Notes: a model not told the origin generated them from the sequence alone. A stretch of 64,000 nucleotides of DNA from an uncultured Planctomycetota bacterium (GCA_963752285.1 CAVVXN010000005.1:1664001-1728000); one strand, 5' to 3'; positions 18,704 to 28,288 are shown, numbered from the stretch's first letter. Program-made: numbers and translations.

Positions 18704-19836
18704 CGGCGCGGGATCAGGCCCTTCGGAGCCGCCGGGAGACGACCGCTCCACTCGTAGGAGAGCCTGCCGCGCCGGAACTTGATGCGGAGGAACGTGCCCT
18801 CGCGACAGAGCGAGAGGAGGTTCGTCACGTCGGACGCGGTGCGGATCCGGTGGTCCTCGCCGAACCCCCAGATCGAGACGATCACGTCGCCGACCCGCAG
18901 CGGCCTCTTCGACTTCGGGCCCGCGGGACCGTCCGGTGCGACCGCGGCGACCGCGGCACCCTCGGGGCTCCCGTGCTCGCCGACGGAGGTCTGGAGCTCG
19001 AGACCGAGGTACCCGGCGCTGGCGTCCGTCCGGCTCTCGATCAGGGCCATCAGGAACGCGTTGACCTGATGGATGGGGATCGAGAAGGACGCGCCCGTGT
19101 TCGTGTGCCCCGCGCCCGGCTGCGAGGGCCGCGTCGCGATCATGCCGTTGATGCCGAGGAGGTCGCCCTTGCGGTTCCAGAGCGGACCGCCCGAGTTGCC
19201 GGGGTTCACCTCGGCGTCGTGCTGCAGCGCGTTGCCGTAGAGGAACTCGCCGCCGAGGATCCGGTCGCGCCCCGACAGCACGCCGAGCGTAACGACCGGA
19301 TGGCCGTCGAGGGCGAGGCCGAACGGGTTGCCGGTCGCGAGGACCCAGGCGCCCTCCTCGACGACCTTGCTCGCGCGCACGCGGTTCGGGTTCAGGGTGA
19401 AGGCGTCCAGGTCCTTCGGCCGGCGCGGGAACGCGAGGAGCGCGATGTCGTACTGCGGGATCGTGTCGTGGACCTCGACGGCGCGCTCCTGGCCGTCCGA
19501 GGTCGAGATCGTGACCACGTCCGCGCCGGCGACGACGTGCACGTTCGTGATCACCCAGAGACGGCTCGCCCGCTCCACGATCACGCCCGACCCGAACGCG
19601 TAGGGCCGCACCTGGGCGCCGTCGACCGGCTTCCCGTCGCGACCGCGCGGATAGCGCTTGTTCCACACCGCCACCGTCATCTTCCGGACGGTGGCCGCGG
19701 TGTCCACGAGCTCCTGCTCCATGTCGAGCACGTCGGAGAGGTCCGACGAGAGGCCCCGGTCGGAGTCGTCGTCCGCGCGCGCCGGACCGAGCAGGGTCAG
19801 CGCGAGGACTCCGGCCAGCAGAACGCGTGTGCGCAC
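18700..19836 (-). CDS. HtrA/DegP-like serine protease with PDZ (copy 2)
   Basis: Signal peptide; intact triad TNVHVV, YDIAL, NPGNSGGPL; PDZ (GYLGLEL...GDVIV). Confidence 0.92.
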   Translation of the reverse strand: MRTRVLLAGVLALTLLGPARADDDSDRGLSSDLSDVLDMEQELVDTAATVRKMTVAVWNKRYPRGRDGKPVDGAQVRPYAFGSGVIVERASRLWVITNVHVVAGADVVTISTSDGQERAVEVHDTIPQYDIALLAFPRRPKDLDAFTLNPNRVRASKVVEEGAWVLATGNPFGLALDGHPVVTLGVLSGRDRILGGEFLYGNALQHDAEVNPGNSGGPLWNRKGDLLGINGMIATRPSQPGAGHTNTGASFSIPIHQVNAFLMALIESRTDASAGYLGLELQTSVGEHGSPEGAAVAAVAPDGPAGPKSKRPLRVGDVIVSIWGFGEDHRIRTASDVTNLLSLCREGTFLRIKFRRGRLSYEWSGRLPAAPKGLIPRR

Positions 19837-19893
19837 GAGGAAAGGCTATCGCGCGAAACAGGATCCCGCGTGATCGCTTCCGGCGTCCCCGTC

Positions 19894-21807
19894 TCAGGGG
19901 CGCTGGCCGAGGGTCACCGGGACCGTCAGGAGCGCGCCCCGGCGTCGGACGGTCATCTCGACCGTCTCGCCGGCGTATCGGAAGGCGACCGCGTCCACCG
20001 CGTCTTCGACCGTGGCGACCTCGTCGTCGTCCACGCGGTACACGACGTCCCCCGCGGCGAGGCCCGCGCGGTCCGCGGCGGACGCCGGAACGACGGTCTC
20101 GATCGTCGGCACGTCGCCCGAGGCGAATCGGACGCCGAGGAAGCCGTGCGCGGGCACGCGGCCCCGGCGGATGTCGGCGGCGGACGCGATCAGCCTCTCC
20201 GCGGGCACGACGAACGCGACCCCGCTGCTCCGGCCGTGCCGCCCCGGGTGCCAGAGCTGGAGCATGCCGACGAGGCCCCCGTCGATGTCCACGACCGCGC
20301 CGCCGCAGTTCGAGTCGATGCCCGACGCGTCCGTCTGCCACTCGCCGCGCCAGGCCACCGCGCCGTCGTCGGGGTGCTTCTTCGAGAGGATGCCGAACGA
20401 CACGAGGGGCAGGGGTCGGCGCTCGGGCCCGAACGGGTCGCCGACCGCCACGACGAAGCGTCCGGGCGCCAGCGCGGCCGTGGGCGCGGCCGGGACCACG
20501 TGCGCCCCCGACCGCCGCGCCACGTCCTCTTCCACCTCCAGGAGCGCGACGCCGGTCCGGTCGTCGTGCCCGACGAGGCGCGCCGGACCGTGCGCGCCCG
20601 AGGGGAACCACGCCTCGACGTCGAGCACGTCGTCGAGCCCGTCGGCGACGCTCGCGCCCTCCGGCGGTCGCCAGAGCGGGTACACGAGCTCGGCCACGTC
20701 CGTCAGGTCGTAGAGGCTCGTTGCGATGCCGCCTTGCTCGTCCACGAGGAGGCCGCTCACGGGGCCCCGCCAGCGAGGCAGCGCCTCGCCGGGGGGCAGC
20801 GCGGGCGTGCGCCCCGAGATGGGCCGCCGACGACGGACGACGAGGCTCACGACGCCGGCCCGTGCGGCGCGCGCGGCGACCCCGACGGCGTGCTCGAGCG
20901 CTCGCGCGGTCTCCCCCGCCGGCTCGGGGCTCGCCGGCGCGAGCGCGCGCGACTCCGCTCCCCCGACGGCGGCGCGGATCCGGTCGATGGGGACGACGCG
21001 CCCGAGGAGCTGCTGCGGCTGGTCGGGGCCGGGGTCCACCCAGCTCGAGACGGTGCCCACGAGCTGGCCGTCGAGCGACACGACACCGCCGCCGTTCATG
21101 CCCTGGTTCAACGCGGCGGTCGTGTAGAGGAGGGTCCATGGGCCGACGGGCGCGCCCTTCGGCGCGGGATCGGCCGACGCGACGAGACCCGCGGTGACCG
21201 TCGGGGGCGTTGACCCCACGTCGTCGAACGCGACGCCCGCCGCGATGACGAACCGCCCGGGCTCCAGCTCGGCGCTCCGTCCGACGGGGACGAAGGGGAA
21301 CCCACCCGCGGGGGGCCCGAGCACGCGCACGAGCGCCGTGTCGGCCTCGACGCTCCGCGCGACCACGCGCGCGGGCCACGCGCGGTACCCCCCGTTCCCG
21401 TCCGCCCTTCGGACCTCGACGTCGTCGAGGCGCACCTTCTCGACGCCGTCCCCCGCGCGCCGCCACATCACGCCCGCGTCCCCGTCGGTCAGGACGAGAC
21501 CCTCCGCGGAGACGAGCACGCCCGACGAGAAGCCCCCCTCCGCGCGCGACACGCCGCGCGGCACGACCACCACGGTGGCGCGCCGCGCGCGGTCCGCGAC
21601 AAAGCGGAACGAGTCCTCCACGCGGGAGAGCGCGTCGCTCGCGGGCGCGCGCCCCGCCAGCGCGAGGACGGCGAGAACGGCGAGGGCGCCGAGGCCGAGG
21701 CGGGAGGCCCGGGCCGTCAGCCCGCGAAGCGCCGGCGCCCCCGGCGTCGAGCCGCCGGGGCGGGGCGGCGCGCCGGCCGAGCGCGCGAGGACCGGGAGCG
21801 TCCTCAC
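19894..21807 (-). CDS. Exported double trypsin-like (S1C) pseudoprotease + PDZ (copy 1)
   Basis: Two S1C folds with LTDGD and NQGMNGG; TSLYD and IDSNCGG; PDZ (GFLGVRF...AADRAGL); clear paralog of 16838-18703. Confidence 0.85.
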   Translation of the reverse strand: MRTLPVLARSAGAPPRPGGSTPGAPALRGLTARASRLGLGALAVLAVLALAGRAPASDALSRVEDSFRFVADRARRATVVVVPRGVSRAEGGFSSGVLVSAEGLVLTDGDAGVMWRRAGDGVEKVRLDDVEVRRADGNGGYRAWPARVVARSVEADTALVRVLGPPAGGFPFVPVGRSAELEPGRFVIAAGVAFDDVGSTPPTVTAGLVASADPAPKGAPVGPWTLLYTTAALNQGMNGGGVVSLDGQLVGTVSSWVDPGPDQPQQLLGRVVPIDRIRAAVGGAESRALAPASPEPAGETARALEHAVGVAARAARAGVVSLVVRRRRPISGRTPALPPGEALPRWRGPVSGLLVDEQGGIATSLYDLTDVAELVYPLWRPPEGASVADGLDDVLDVEAWFPSGAHGPARLVGHDDRTGVALLEVEEDVARRSGAHVVPAAPTAALAPGRFVVAVGDPFGPERRPLPLVSFGILSKKHPDDGAVAWRGEWQTDASGIDSNCGGAVVDIDGGLVGMLQLWHPGRHGRSSGVAFVVPAERLIASAADIRRGRVPAHGFLGVRFASGDVPTIETVVPASAADRAGLAAGDVVYRVDDDEVATVEDAVDAVAFRYAGETVEMTVRRRGALLTVPVTLGQRP

Positions 21808-21811
21808 GGCG

Positions 21812-22951
21812 TCAGCGAACGCCCAGACGGCCGGTCCACCGAAGCGTCTGACCGCTCCTCACGAAGCGGAGGGTGACCGTCGTGCCGGGCACGAGGCCGC
21901 GGAGCACGCTGTGCACGTCCTGCGCCGAGCGGATGCGCCACGCGCGGCCTCCCGTGGCGAACCCCGTGATGACGTCGCCCGGGAGGAGCGCGCCGTCGCC
22001 CGACGAGGGCCGGCCGGGCGACGGCCCGAGGACGCTCGTCACGCGGGCCCCGAGCGGCTCCCCGCGTCCGTCCGTCTCGGTCGTGTACCGGATCCCGAGC
22101 AGGCTCGTCGGCCGAACGACCGGCGGCGGGAGCGAGGCCACCACGTCCGGCCTCGGCTCGACCGGACGCGAGGGCTCGGTCACCGACGCGAGGAAGCGCT
22201 GGATCCGCTCCATCGGCACCGCGAACGAGGCGCCGGTGTAGGCGGGGCCCGCGCCCTGCGCGCGGGAACGCGTCGCGATCGTGCCGTTCAAGCCGAGCAG
22301 CTCGCCCCGCGCGGACCAGAGCGGCCCGCCGCTGCTGCCCGGGTTGATCTCGGCGTCGTGCTGCAGCGTCGGCGCGTCCACGTACGTCGTCTCGTCGGGC
22401 GGCCGGAGCCCCGAGACGACGCCGAGCGTCGCGACGGCGCGGCCGTCGAGAGCGAGGAAGAACGGGTTGCCCGTCGCGAGCACCCACGAGCCGTCGTCCG
22501 GGCGAGGCGTCCGCCGCCCCTCGAGCGGCACCGACCGGAGCGAGTCGGGGGCCGTGCGGAAGGAGAGGAGCGCGAGGTCGCCCTGGCGGTCCCGCGCGCG
22601 CACCTGGACGGGGAAGTGCCGGCCGTCCGCGGTCACGACCTCGAACGTCGCGTCGGAGTCCACCACGTGGAGGTTCGTGAGCACGAAGAGCCCGCGGTAG
22701 CGGACGAGGACCCCCGACCCGACGGCCTGGAGGGGCAGCGGTCGTCCCCCCGGGCCGCCCGCGGCCGTCGCGGGCGTCTTCGCGAGCACGCTCACGGTCG
22801 CGCCGCGCACCAGCTCGACGGTGCGGACGATCCTGCGCTCGAGCTCGTGCACCTCCGCGCGCTCGGCCGTGGTCAACTCGTCGGCCCGGAGCCGCGCGGG
22901 GAGGAGGACGGCCGCGGCCAGGGTCGCGGCCAGGATCCCGAGGCGGGGCAT
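21812..22951 (-). CDS. HtrA/DegP-like serine protease with PDZ (copy 1)
   Basis: Signal peptide; triad TNLHVV, GDLAL, NPGSSGGPL; PDZ; paralog of 18700-19836 (shared WVLATGNPF and LQHDAExNPG). Confidence 0.92.
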   Translation of the reverse strand: MPRLGILAATLAAAVLLPARLRADELTTAERAEVHELERRIVRTVELVRGATVSVLAKTPATAAGGPGGRPLPLQAVGSGVLVRYRGLFVLTNLHVVDSDATFEVVTADGRHFPVQVRARDRQGDLALLSFRTAPDSLRSVPLEGRRTPRPDDGSWVLATGNPFFLALDGRAVATLGVVSGLRPPDETTYVDAPTLQHDAEINPGSSGGPLWSARGELLGLNGTIATRSRAQGAGPAYTGASFAVPMERIQRFLASVTEPSRPVEPRPDVVASLPPPVVRPTSLLGIRYTTETDGRGEPLGARVTSVLGPSPGRPSSGDGALLPGDVITGFATGGRAWRIRSAQDVHSVLRGLVPGTTVTLRFVRSGQTLRWTGRLGVR

Positions 22952-23061
22952 GGCGCGAGAGTAGGGATCGGGAGAGGCCCGGTCAACGCGCCGTGTCGCG
23001 ACCCTCCGGGCACCCCCCGGCGCAGGCGGTCGGGACCGGCCCGCGCGGTGGGGTCCCGGGC

Positions 23062-23089
23062 TTGACGCCGCCGGGGCGTCTCCTAACAT
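23062..23089 (+). promoter_or_regulatory. Sigma70-type promoter for the tRNA pair
   Basis: TTGACG-16 nt-TAACAT followed by a GC-rich discriminator, upstream of the tRNAs. Confidence 0.65.
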
Positions 23090-23222
23090 CGCCGATTCCC
23101 CGCCGCCCGCATCCCGCGGGGCCGGCGGGCGTTCTTTCGGAGCTCGACCCCGCGCGACGTGCCTTCGCGGCCGCCCGAGCCGGGCGTTCGCGGGGCCCGT
23201 CGGCGCCGCGCGACGTTCGCGT

Positions 23223-23298
23223 TGAGGAGTAGTTCAGCTGGTAGAACGCCTGACTCTGGATCAGGAAGTCGGAGGTTCGAGTCCTCCCTCCTCAGCCA
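23223..23298 (+). tRNA. tRNA-Gln (anticodon CTG)
   Basis: Acceptor TGAGGAG/CTCCTCA, anticodon arm CCTGA-CTCTGGA-TCAGG, T-loop GTTCGAG, encoded CCA. Confidence 0.97.
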
Positions 23299-23345
23299 CC
23301 CTCGCCGCTCGGCCCGCGCATCGTCGGTCTCTCGCCCGCCACCCC

Positions 23346-23421
23346 GGCCCCATCGTCTAGCGGTCTAGGACACGGCCCTCTCAAGGCTGAAACGGGGGTT
23401 CGAGTCCCCCTGGGGTCACCA
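23346..23421 (+). tRNA. tRNA-Glu (anticodon CTC)
   Basis: Acceptor GGCCCCA/TGGGGTC, anticodon arm CGGCC-CTCTCAA-GGCTG, T-loop GTTCGAG, encoded CCA. Confidence 0.97.
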
Positions 23422-23426
23422 TCCAC

Positions 23427-23458
23427 GGGCCCTCCGGTCTCGTCCGACCGGAGGGCCC
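23427..23458. terminator. Strong hairpin after the tRNA pair (probable terminator between convergent units)
   Basis: Perfect 13-bp inverted repeat GGGCCCTCCGGTC/GACCGGAGGGCCC with a 6-nt loop; no U-tract. Confidence 0.55.
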
Positions 23459-23568
23459 TCGTCGTCGGCGCCCTCGCCGTGCGGACCCGTGTCGTCGGGG
23501 CCCGCGCCGTCGGTCCGGCCTCGGGGCCGCGGGAACGGGAGGCGGACGCGCGGGGTTCTTCGCGCCCG

Positions 23569-24360
23569 CTACCAGTCGGTGCGCTTCTTGTTCTTGTTCC
23601 ACCAGGTCCGCCACTCCTGCGGACGGGTGAGCTGCTGGCCCGTGAGCGACTGGAGCGCGTGGCGGAGCGAGACGTGGTACACGCGCCATCGTTCCTTCAT
23701 CACGGACGCGATGACCTTGTCCTCCTGCTGGACGGACATCATCAGGTTCCACGTCGTCGTGTAGAGGTCCACGAGGCTCTTCACGGCGTCCTTGCGAACC
23801 ACGAGCGGCGCGGCGCCGTACGTGGCGAGGGCTTCGGCGGCCTCGGCCACCACCTCCGCGTCCTCGTCGGAACGGATGAGGGGCTCGAGGAGGGGAACGG
23901 CCGCGGGGTCGGCGATCACCGAGAGGGAACGGGCGATCCGTCGCCTCAAGTCCGCGTCCCGCCGGAAGTCCTTGTCCTCGAGGAGCGCGCCGAGCGGGGC
24001 GAGGAGCGGCGGTCCGTGCTCCTTGTCCACGAAGGCGAACACGCGGTCCCGGAGCTTCGCGTCCGTCAGCACGACGGCCTCGAGCGTGACCTCCGCGGCG
24101 TCGGGACCGCCGAGGACCTCGATCGCATCGAGGAGCCCGGTGACCTCGCCCATCTCCTCCTCGACGTGCGGGTCCCGGACCGCCTTGCGGAGCGCGCGGC
24201 CGAGCTTCTTGAGCTGCGCCTTCCGCACCGCGGGCGGGACGGCCGGGCCCTCCTCGGCGAGCGCCCGCTCCGACGCGGCCGCGACGAGGAGGGCGGCCAG
24301 GAGCGCGGACGCGAGCGCGGCGAGGAGGACGGCGGGGAGACGACGCGAAGGCATGCCCAT
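23569..24360 (-). CDS. Exported HEAT-repeat protein
   Basis: Signal peptide; HEAT-like DEDAEVVAEAAEALATYG; C-terminal LQSLTGQ...WRTWW motif. Confidence 0.75.
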   Translation of the reverse strand: MGMPSRRLPAVLLAALASALLAALLVAAASERALAEEGPAVPPAVRKAQLKKLGRALRKAVRDPHVEEEMGEVTGLLDAIEVLGGPDAAEVTLEAVVLTDAKLRDRVFAFVDKEHGPPLLAPLGALLEDKDFRRDADLRRRIARSLSVIADPAAVPLLEPLIRSDEDAEVVAEAAEALATYGAAPLVVRKDAVKSLVDLYTTTWNLMMSVQQEDKVIASVMKERWRVYHVSLRHALQSLTGQQLTRPQEWRTWWNKNKKRTDW

Positions 24361-24518
24361 GGGGATCCTAACGCCGGCGGGCGCGAGGCCGGGCGCATGG
24401 GAGGATGGGCCCATCCGGACTCCGCCCCGGGAGGGACCTCGATGGACGTTCGCGGTGCGCCCGCGCGGCCCGCCCCCGCGCCGCTTTGCCCGTCTCGCGC
24501 GATCGCCCTGGGGCTCGC

Positions 24519-25763
24519 GTGACCCCGCCTCGGCCCCTGCCCGCGCCGGATGCCGGTCCGACGTCCGACCCCGAGGCCGACCTGCTCCGCCTCCGCACGC
24601 GGTTCCCGACCCTCGAGACGTGCGCGTACCTGATCTCGAACTCGCTCGGCGCGATGCCCGTGGACGCCGCGAACGACCTCGAGGAGTACGCGCGGACGTG
24701 GACCGCGCGCGGCGTACGCGCGTGGGCCGAGACGTGGTGGGCACTGGCCGGCCAGGTCGGCGACGAGATCGGCCGACTCCTTCGCGCCGCGCCGGGCACG
24801 GTCTCGATGCACCAGAACGTGACGCTCGCGTCGGCGGTCGTCATCTCGTGCTTCGACTGGTCCGGCGAGCGGAACCGCGTCGTCCACACCGACATGAACT
24901 TCCCGTCGGTCCGGTACCTCTACGAGCGGTTCGCGGGTGCGCAGGGCGCCGAGATCGTGGAGGTCCGAAGCGAGGACGGCGTCGGCGTGGAGACGGAGCG
25001 GATCCTCGAGGCGATCGACGAGCGGACGCTTCTCGTCCCGGTGAGCCACGTGCTCTTCAAGAGCGCGTGGATCCAGGACGCGGAGGCGATCTGCCGCCGC
25101 GCGCGCGAGGTCGGCGCCCACGTGGTGCTCGACGCGTTCCAGTCCGCCGGGACGATCCCGGTGGACGTCCAGGCGCTCGACTGCTCCTTCCTGGTCGGCG
25201 GGGTGCTGAAGTGGCTCTGCGGCGGTCCGGGCGGCGCGTTCCTCTACGTGCGGCCGGACCTGCTCCCGACCCTCGAGCCGCGCCTGACGGGCTGGCTGGC
25301 GCATCCGCGGCCGTTCGCGTTCGAGGGGCCGCCCATGACGTACACGGAGGGCGCGTACCGCTTCCAGAACGGCACGCCGAACGTGCCGGCCCTCTACGCG
25401 GCCCGCGCGGGGCCCCGCATCGTGCGCGAGGCGGGGATCGAGCGGATCCGGTCGAAGAGTCGCCGGCAGACGGGGCGGCTGGTCCACGCCGCCGACGAGC
25501 GGGGCTGGCGCGTCACCGCCCCGCGCGACCCCGACCGCCGCGGCGGGACCGTGGCGATCGACGTCGAGCACGCGTACGAGGTCGCCCAGGAGCTCCTCCG
25601 CCGCGAGGTGATCGTCGACTACCGGCCCGGCGCGGGGATCCGCATCTCGCCGCACTTCTACACCACCGACGACGAGGTCGACCGGGCCGTGGACGAGATC
25701 GGCGCGATCCTCGTGTCGGGCGCGTGGCGCCGTCACGAGGGCGCGCACCGCACCGTGACGTGA
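24519..25763 (+). CDS. kynU: Kynureninase-like PLP-dependent class V enzyme
   Basis: YLISNSLGAMP, DAFQSAG, PLP lysine in GGVLKWLCGGPG, GW...F and GTP motifs; adjacent to a cyclase gene. Confidence 0.75.
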   Translation: MTPPRPLPAPDAGPTSDPEADLLRLRTRFPTLETCAYLISNSLGAMPVDAANDLEEYARTWTARGVRAWAETWWALAGQVGDEIGRLLRAAPGTVSMHQNVTLASAVVISCFDWSGERNRVVHTDMNFPSVRYLYERFAGAQGAEIVEVRSEDGVGVETERILEAIDERTLLVPVSHVLFKSAWIQDAEAICRRAREVGAHVVLDAFQSAGTIPVDVQALDCSFLVGGVLKWLCGGPGGAFLYVRPDLLPTLEPRLTGWLAHPRPFAFEGPPMTYTEGAYRFQNGTPNVPALYAARAGPRIVREAGIERIRSKSRRQTGRLVHAADERGWRVTAPRDPDRRGGTVAIDVEHAYEVAQELLRREVIVDYRPGAGIRISPHFYTTDDEVDRAVDEIGAILVSGAWRRHEGAHRTVT

Positions 25764-25775
25764 GCGGGGAGCACG

Positions 25776-26405
25776 ATGAGGATCCACGACATCAGCCGCC
25801 CCGTCTCCGAGACGATCGCCGTCTGGCCCGGCGACACGCGCTACCGCTTCCGCCTCGTGCAGCGCATCGCCGATGGCGCGAGCGTGAACGTCGGCGCGCT
25901 CGAGATGAGCGCGCACACCGGCGCGCACGTGGACGCGCCCCTCCACTTCGAGGACGACGCCCGAGACGTCGCCTCGCTCGACCTCGACCCCTACCTCGGC
26001 CCGTGCGTGGTCGCCGACGTGAGGCCCTCGGGCCGGGGGATCCGCCCCTCGGACCTGCCGCCGGGGCTCCTCGCCCTGCTCGAGACGGCCCCCCGGTGCC
26101 TGCTCCGGTCGTACGGCCGGCGTCCCGAGGGCTTCGACGAGGGCATGGCGCACGCGACGCCCGAGCTGGCCGACGCCCTCTCGGGGGCCGGCGTGCGCCT
26201 CCTGGGGATCGACACCGACTCGATGGACGCCTTCGAGTCGAAGGACCTGCCCTCGCACCGGCGGCTCCTGGCGCGCGGCATCGCCATCCTGGAGGGGATC
26301 GACCTCTCCTCGGTCGCGCCGGGGCGGTACGAGCTGGTGGCGCTCCCCCTCCGGCTGGTCGGCGCGGACGCGAGCCCGGTCCGGGCCGTCCTCGTCGAGC
26401 GGTGA
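25776..26405 (+). CDS. kynB: Cyclase family / kynurenine formamidase
   Basis: Metal motif HTGAHVDAPLH, GIDTDSMD, ILEGIDL, DASPVRAVL. Confidence 0.8.
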   Translation: MRIHDISRPVSETIAVWPGDTRYRFRLVQRIADGASVNVGALEMSAHTGAHVDAPLHFEDDARDVASLDLDPYLGPCVVADVRPSGRGIRPSDLPPGLLALLETAPRCLLRSYGRRPEGFDEGMAHATPELADALSGAGVRLLGIDTDSMDAFESKDLPSHRRLLARGIAILEGIDLSSVAPGRYELVALPLRLVGADASPVRAVLVER

Positions 26406-26505
26406 CGCGCCGGGGGGAGGGCCGGCGCGATAGGCAATCGTCGGGCTTGCGCCGCGGGGGCCCGTGGGTCTCCAATTGGGACCGGGGTGGTTCCAGGAGA
26501 TGCCG

Positions 26506-26988
26506 ATGGCCGAAGGCGAGCCCGACGCGAAGGCGGAGCTGATCGAGATCCTGTCCGAGATCACCCCCACGATCGACGGGGTGGACCTCGCGAGCGACGA
26601 CGCCGCGGAACGTCTGGAGGCCACCCACCCGTTCGGGAGCCCGGGCATGACCCGGATCCGCGACCTCTGCCGCGCGGGGGTCGAGGAGGGCTGGCTCGTC
26701 CCGCGCGAGGCGGGCCCGCACGTGCGCTTCGGCCGGCTCGCGAAGGAGGTGAACGGCTACGCCGTGGACGTCGTGCTCATGGAGGGGAAGGCGCTCGGCC
26801 ACACGCATCCGAGGGGGGAGGTGAACATCGGGTTCGCGTGGGAGGGCGACCCGCGGTTCGACGGGAAGCCCGAAGGCTGGGTCGTCTACCCGCCGAACAG
26901 CCACCACGTCCCGACCGTCACCGGGGGAAAGATGCTCTTCGTCTACTTCCTCCCGGGCGGCGAGGTCCTCTGGGACCCGCCGCGGTAG
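26506..26988 (+). CDS. DUF4863 family cupin-like protein (PnbB 4-hydroxylaminobenzoate lyase-like)
   Basis: GVEEGWL...RFGR, VDVVLM, HTHPRGEV, FDG...GWVVYPPNSHHVPTVTGG, YFLPGG. Confidence 0.75.
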   Translation: MAEGEPDAKAELIEILSEITPTIDGVDLASDDAAERLEATHPFGSPGMTRIRDLCRAGVEEGWLVPREAGPHVRFGRLAKEVNGYAVDVVLMEGKALGHTHPRGEVNIGFAWEGDPRFDGKPEGWVVYPPNSHHVPTVTGGKMLFVYFLPGGEVLWDPPR

Positions 26989-27000
26989 GATCGGCGCCGC

Positions 27001-27402
27001 GCGAGCGGGCCGGGCGACCGCGAGGCCGCAAGGCCCCGAGGAAAGTCCGGGCTCCACAGGGCGAGGTGGTGGGTAACGCCCACCGGGCGCGAGCCCGGGG
27101 AAAGGCAACAGAGAGCAGACCGCCGATGGCCCCGAGGCGCCCCCGTGGCGCCCGCGGGGATCAGGCAAGGGTGAAACGGTGGGGTAAGAGCCCACCGCGG
27201 CGGCGGCGACGCCGTCGGCGAGGCACGCCTCACCCGGAGAAAGGCCAAATAGAGGAGGAGCGGGTCGGCGGCGACCCCACGGTGCGGCCCGCACCGTCCA
27301 ACTCCCGGGTAGGCCGTTCGAGACCGCCGGCGACGGCGGTCCCAGATCGATGGTCGCCCCGGTCTTCGGACCGGACAGGACCCGGCTTACAGGCCCGCTC
27401 GC
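27001..27402 (+). ncRNA. rnpB: RNase P RNA, bacterial type A
   Basis: GAGGAAAGTCCGGGCTCC, GGGTGAAACGGTGGGGTAAGAGCCCACC, 3' ACCCGGCTTAC; P1 GCGAGCGGGCC pairs with GGCCCGCTCGC. Confidence 0.96.
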
Positions 27403-27431
27403 GCGTCTTCGCCCCCGGTCGGGCCGAACCC

Positions 27432-28148
27432 TCAGACGGGACGGAGCACGACGACGCGGTTGCAGCCCCGGCACACGACGAGCCGGGTCTGGTTCTGCAC
27501 CGCGAAGACGTCGTTCTTCGTCAGGCGCTCCATGCAGGCCCCGCAGTACTCGCCCTCGAGGTACGAGAGACCGCTCCCGCGGCTCCGGAGGACCCGCTCG
27601 TAGACCGCGAGGGCCTCGGCCGGGATGCCGGCCTGGAGCGCGCCGCGCGCCTGCACCAGGTCGTCCCGCGCCTTCTTCACGCCGCCGAGGCTCGCTTCCA
27701 TCGCCTCGCGGGCCGTGTCCACGCGGGCCGTCGCCTCGGCCTTGTCCTTCGAGAGCGTGTCCACCCGCGCCGCGGCCTGCTCGACGACGTCCAGGATCTT
27801 CAGGATCTCGCTCTGGAGGCGGTCGGCGTCGGCCTGGTAGTTCGCGAGCTCCGCCTTGAAGGCCACGAACTCCTTGTTCGTTCGCACCTCGGAGGACTGC
27901 GCGCGGAGCCGCTCGATCTTCTGTTCGGCCGCCTTGAGATCGTTCTCGCGAAGCTTGATCTGCGCCTTCAGGATGCGGGCGCGCTCGTCCACCGCAGAGA
28001 TCTTCTGGTCGATCTCCTGGACGCGGCCCTGCGAGGTGTCGAGGCGTCGGGGACCCGCCGCGAGATCCTGCTCGAGCTCGGCGATCCGCTGGTCGTGCTC
28101 GTGGAGGGCCAGGAGCCGGTCCACCACCTCCGAGTAGTCGCTCGCCAT
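27432..28148 (-). CDS. Coiled-coil protein with C4-type zinc ribbon (DUF164 / CT398-HP0958-like)
   Basis: Long coiled coil, then CGAC...CRGCNR; located after rpoD. Confidence 0.88.
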   Translation of the reverse strand: MASDYSEVVDRLLALHEHDQRIAELEQDLAAGPRRLDTSQGRVQEIDQKISAVDERARILKAQIKLRENDLKAAEQKIERLRAQSSEVRTNKEFVAFKAELANYQADADRLQSEILKILDVVEQAAARVDTLSKDKAEATARVDTAREAMEASLGGVKKARDDLVQARGALQAGIPAEALAVYERVLRSRGSGLSYLEGEYCGACMERLTKNDVFAVQNQTRLVVCRGCNRVVVLRPV

Positions 28149-28288
28149 GTGCAAGGGGGCCCCGCCGGGTGACGGGGCAAGGTATCGAATGGCGGAGCCG
28201 CGGGGAAGGGATCTCCGGGGTCCTTCGGCGCGCGGGGAGGCCGCCTTCCGGTGCGAGGCGCCGCGCCGGGCCGCGCGCGCCGGACGGC

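Noticed and set aside
14063..18757. Very long alternative ORFs (14063-18757 +, 38845-43659 +, 38102-42676 -, 1298-4855 +, 48183-52163 + and others)
   Set aside because: They are antisense or off-frame shadows of well-supported genes, rich in Arg/Pro/Gly with no motifs, as expected in very GC-rich DNA with few stop codons.
23223..23568. Genomic island or prophage integrated at the tRNAs
   Set aside because: No integrase, no duplicated tRNA 3' end seen, and flanking genes look native.
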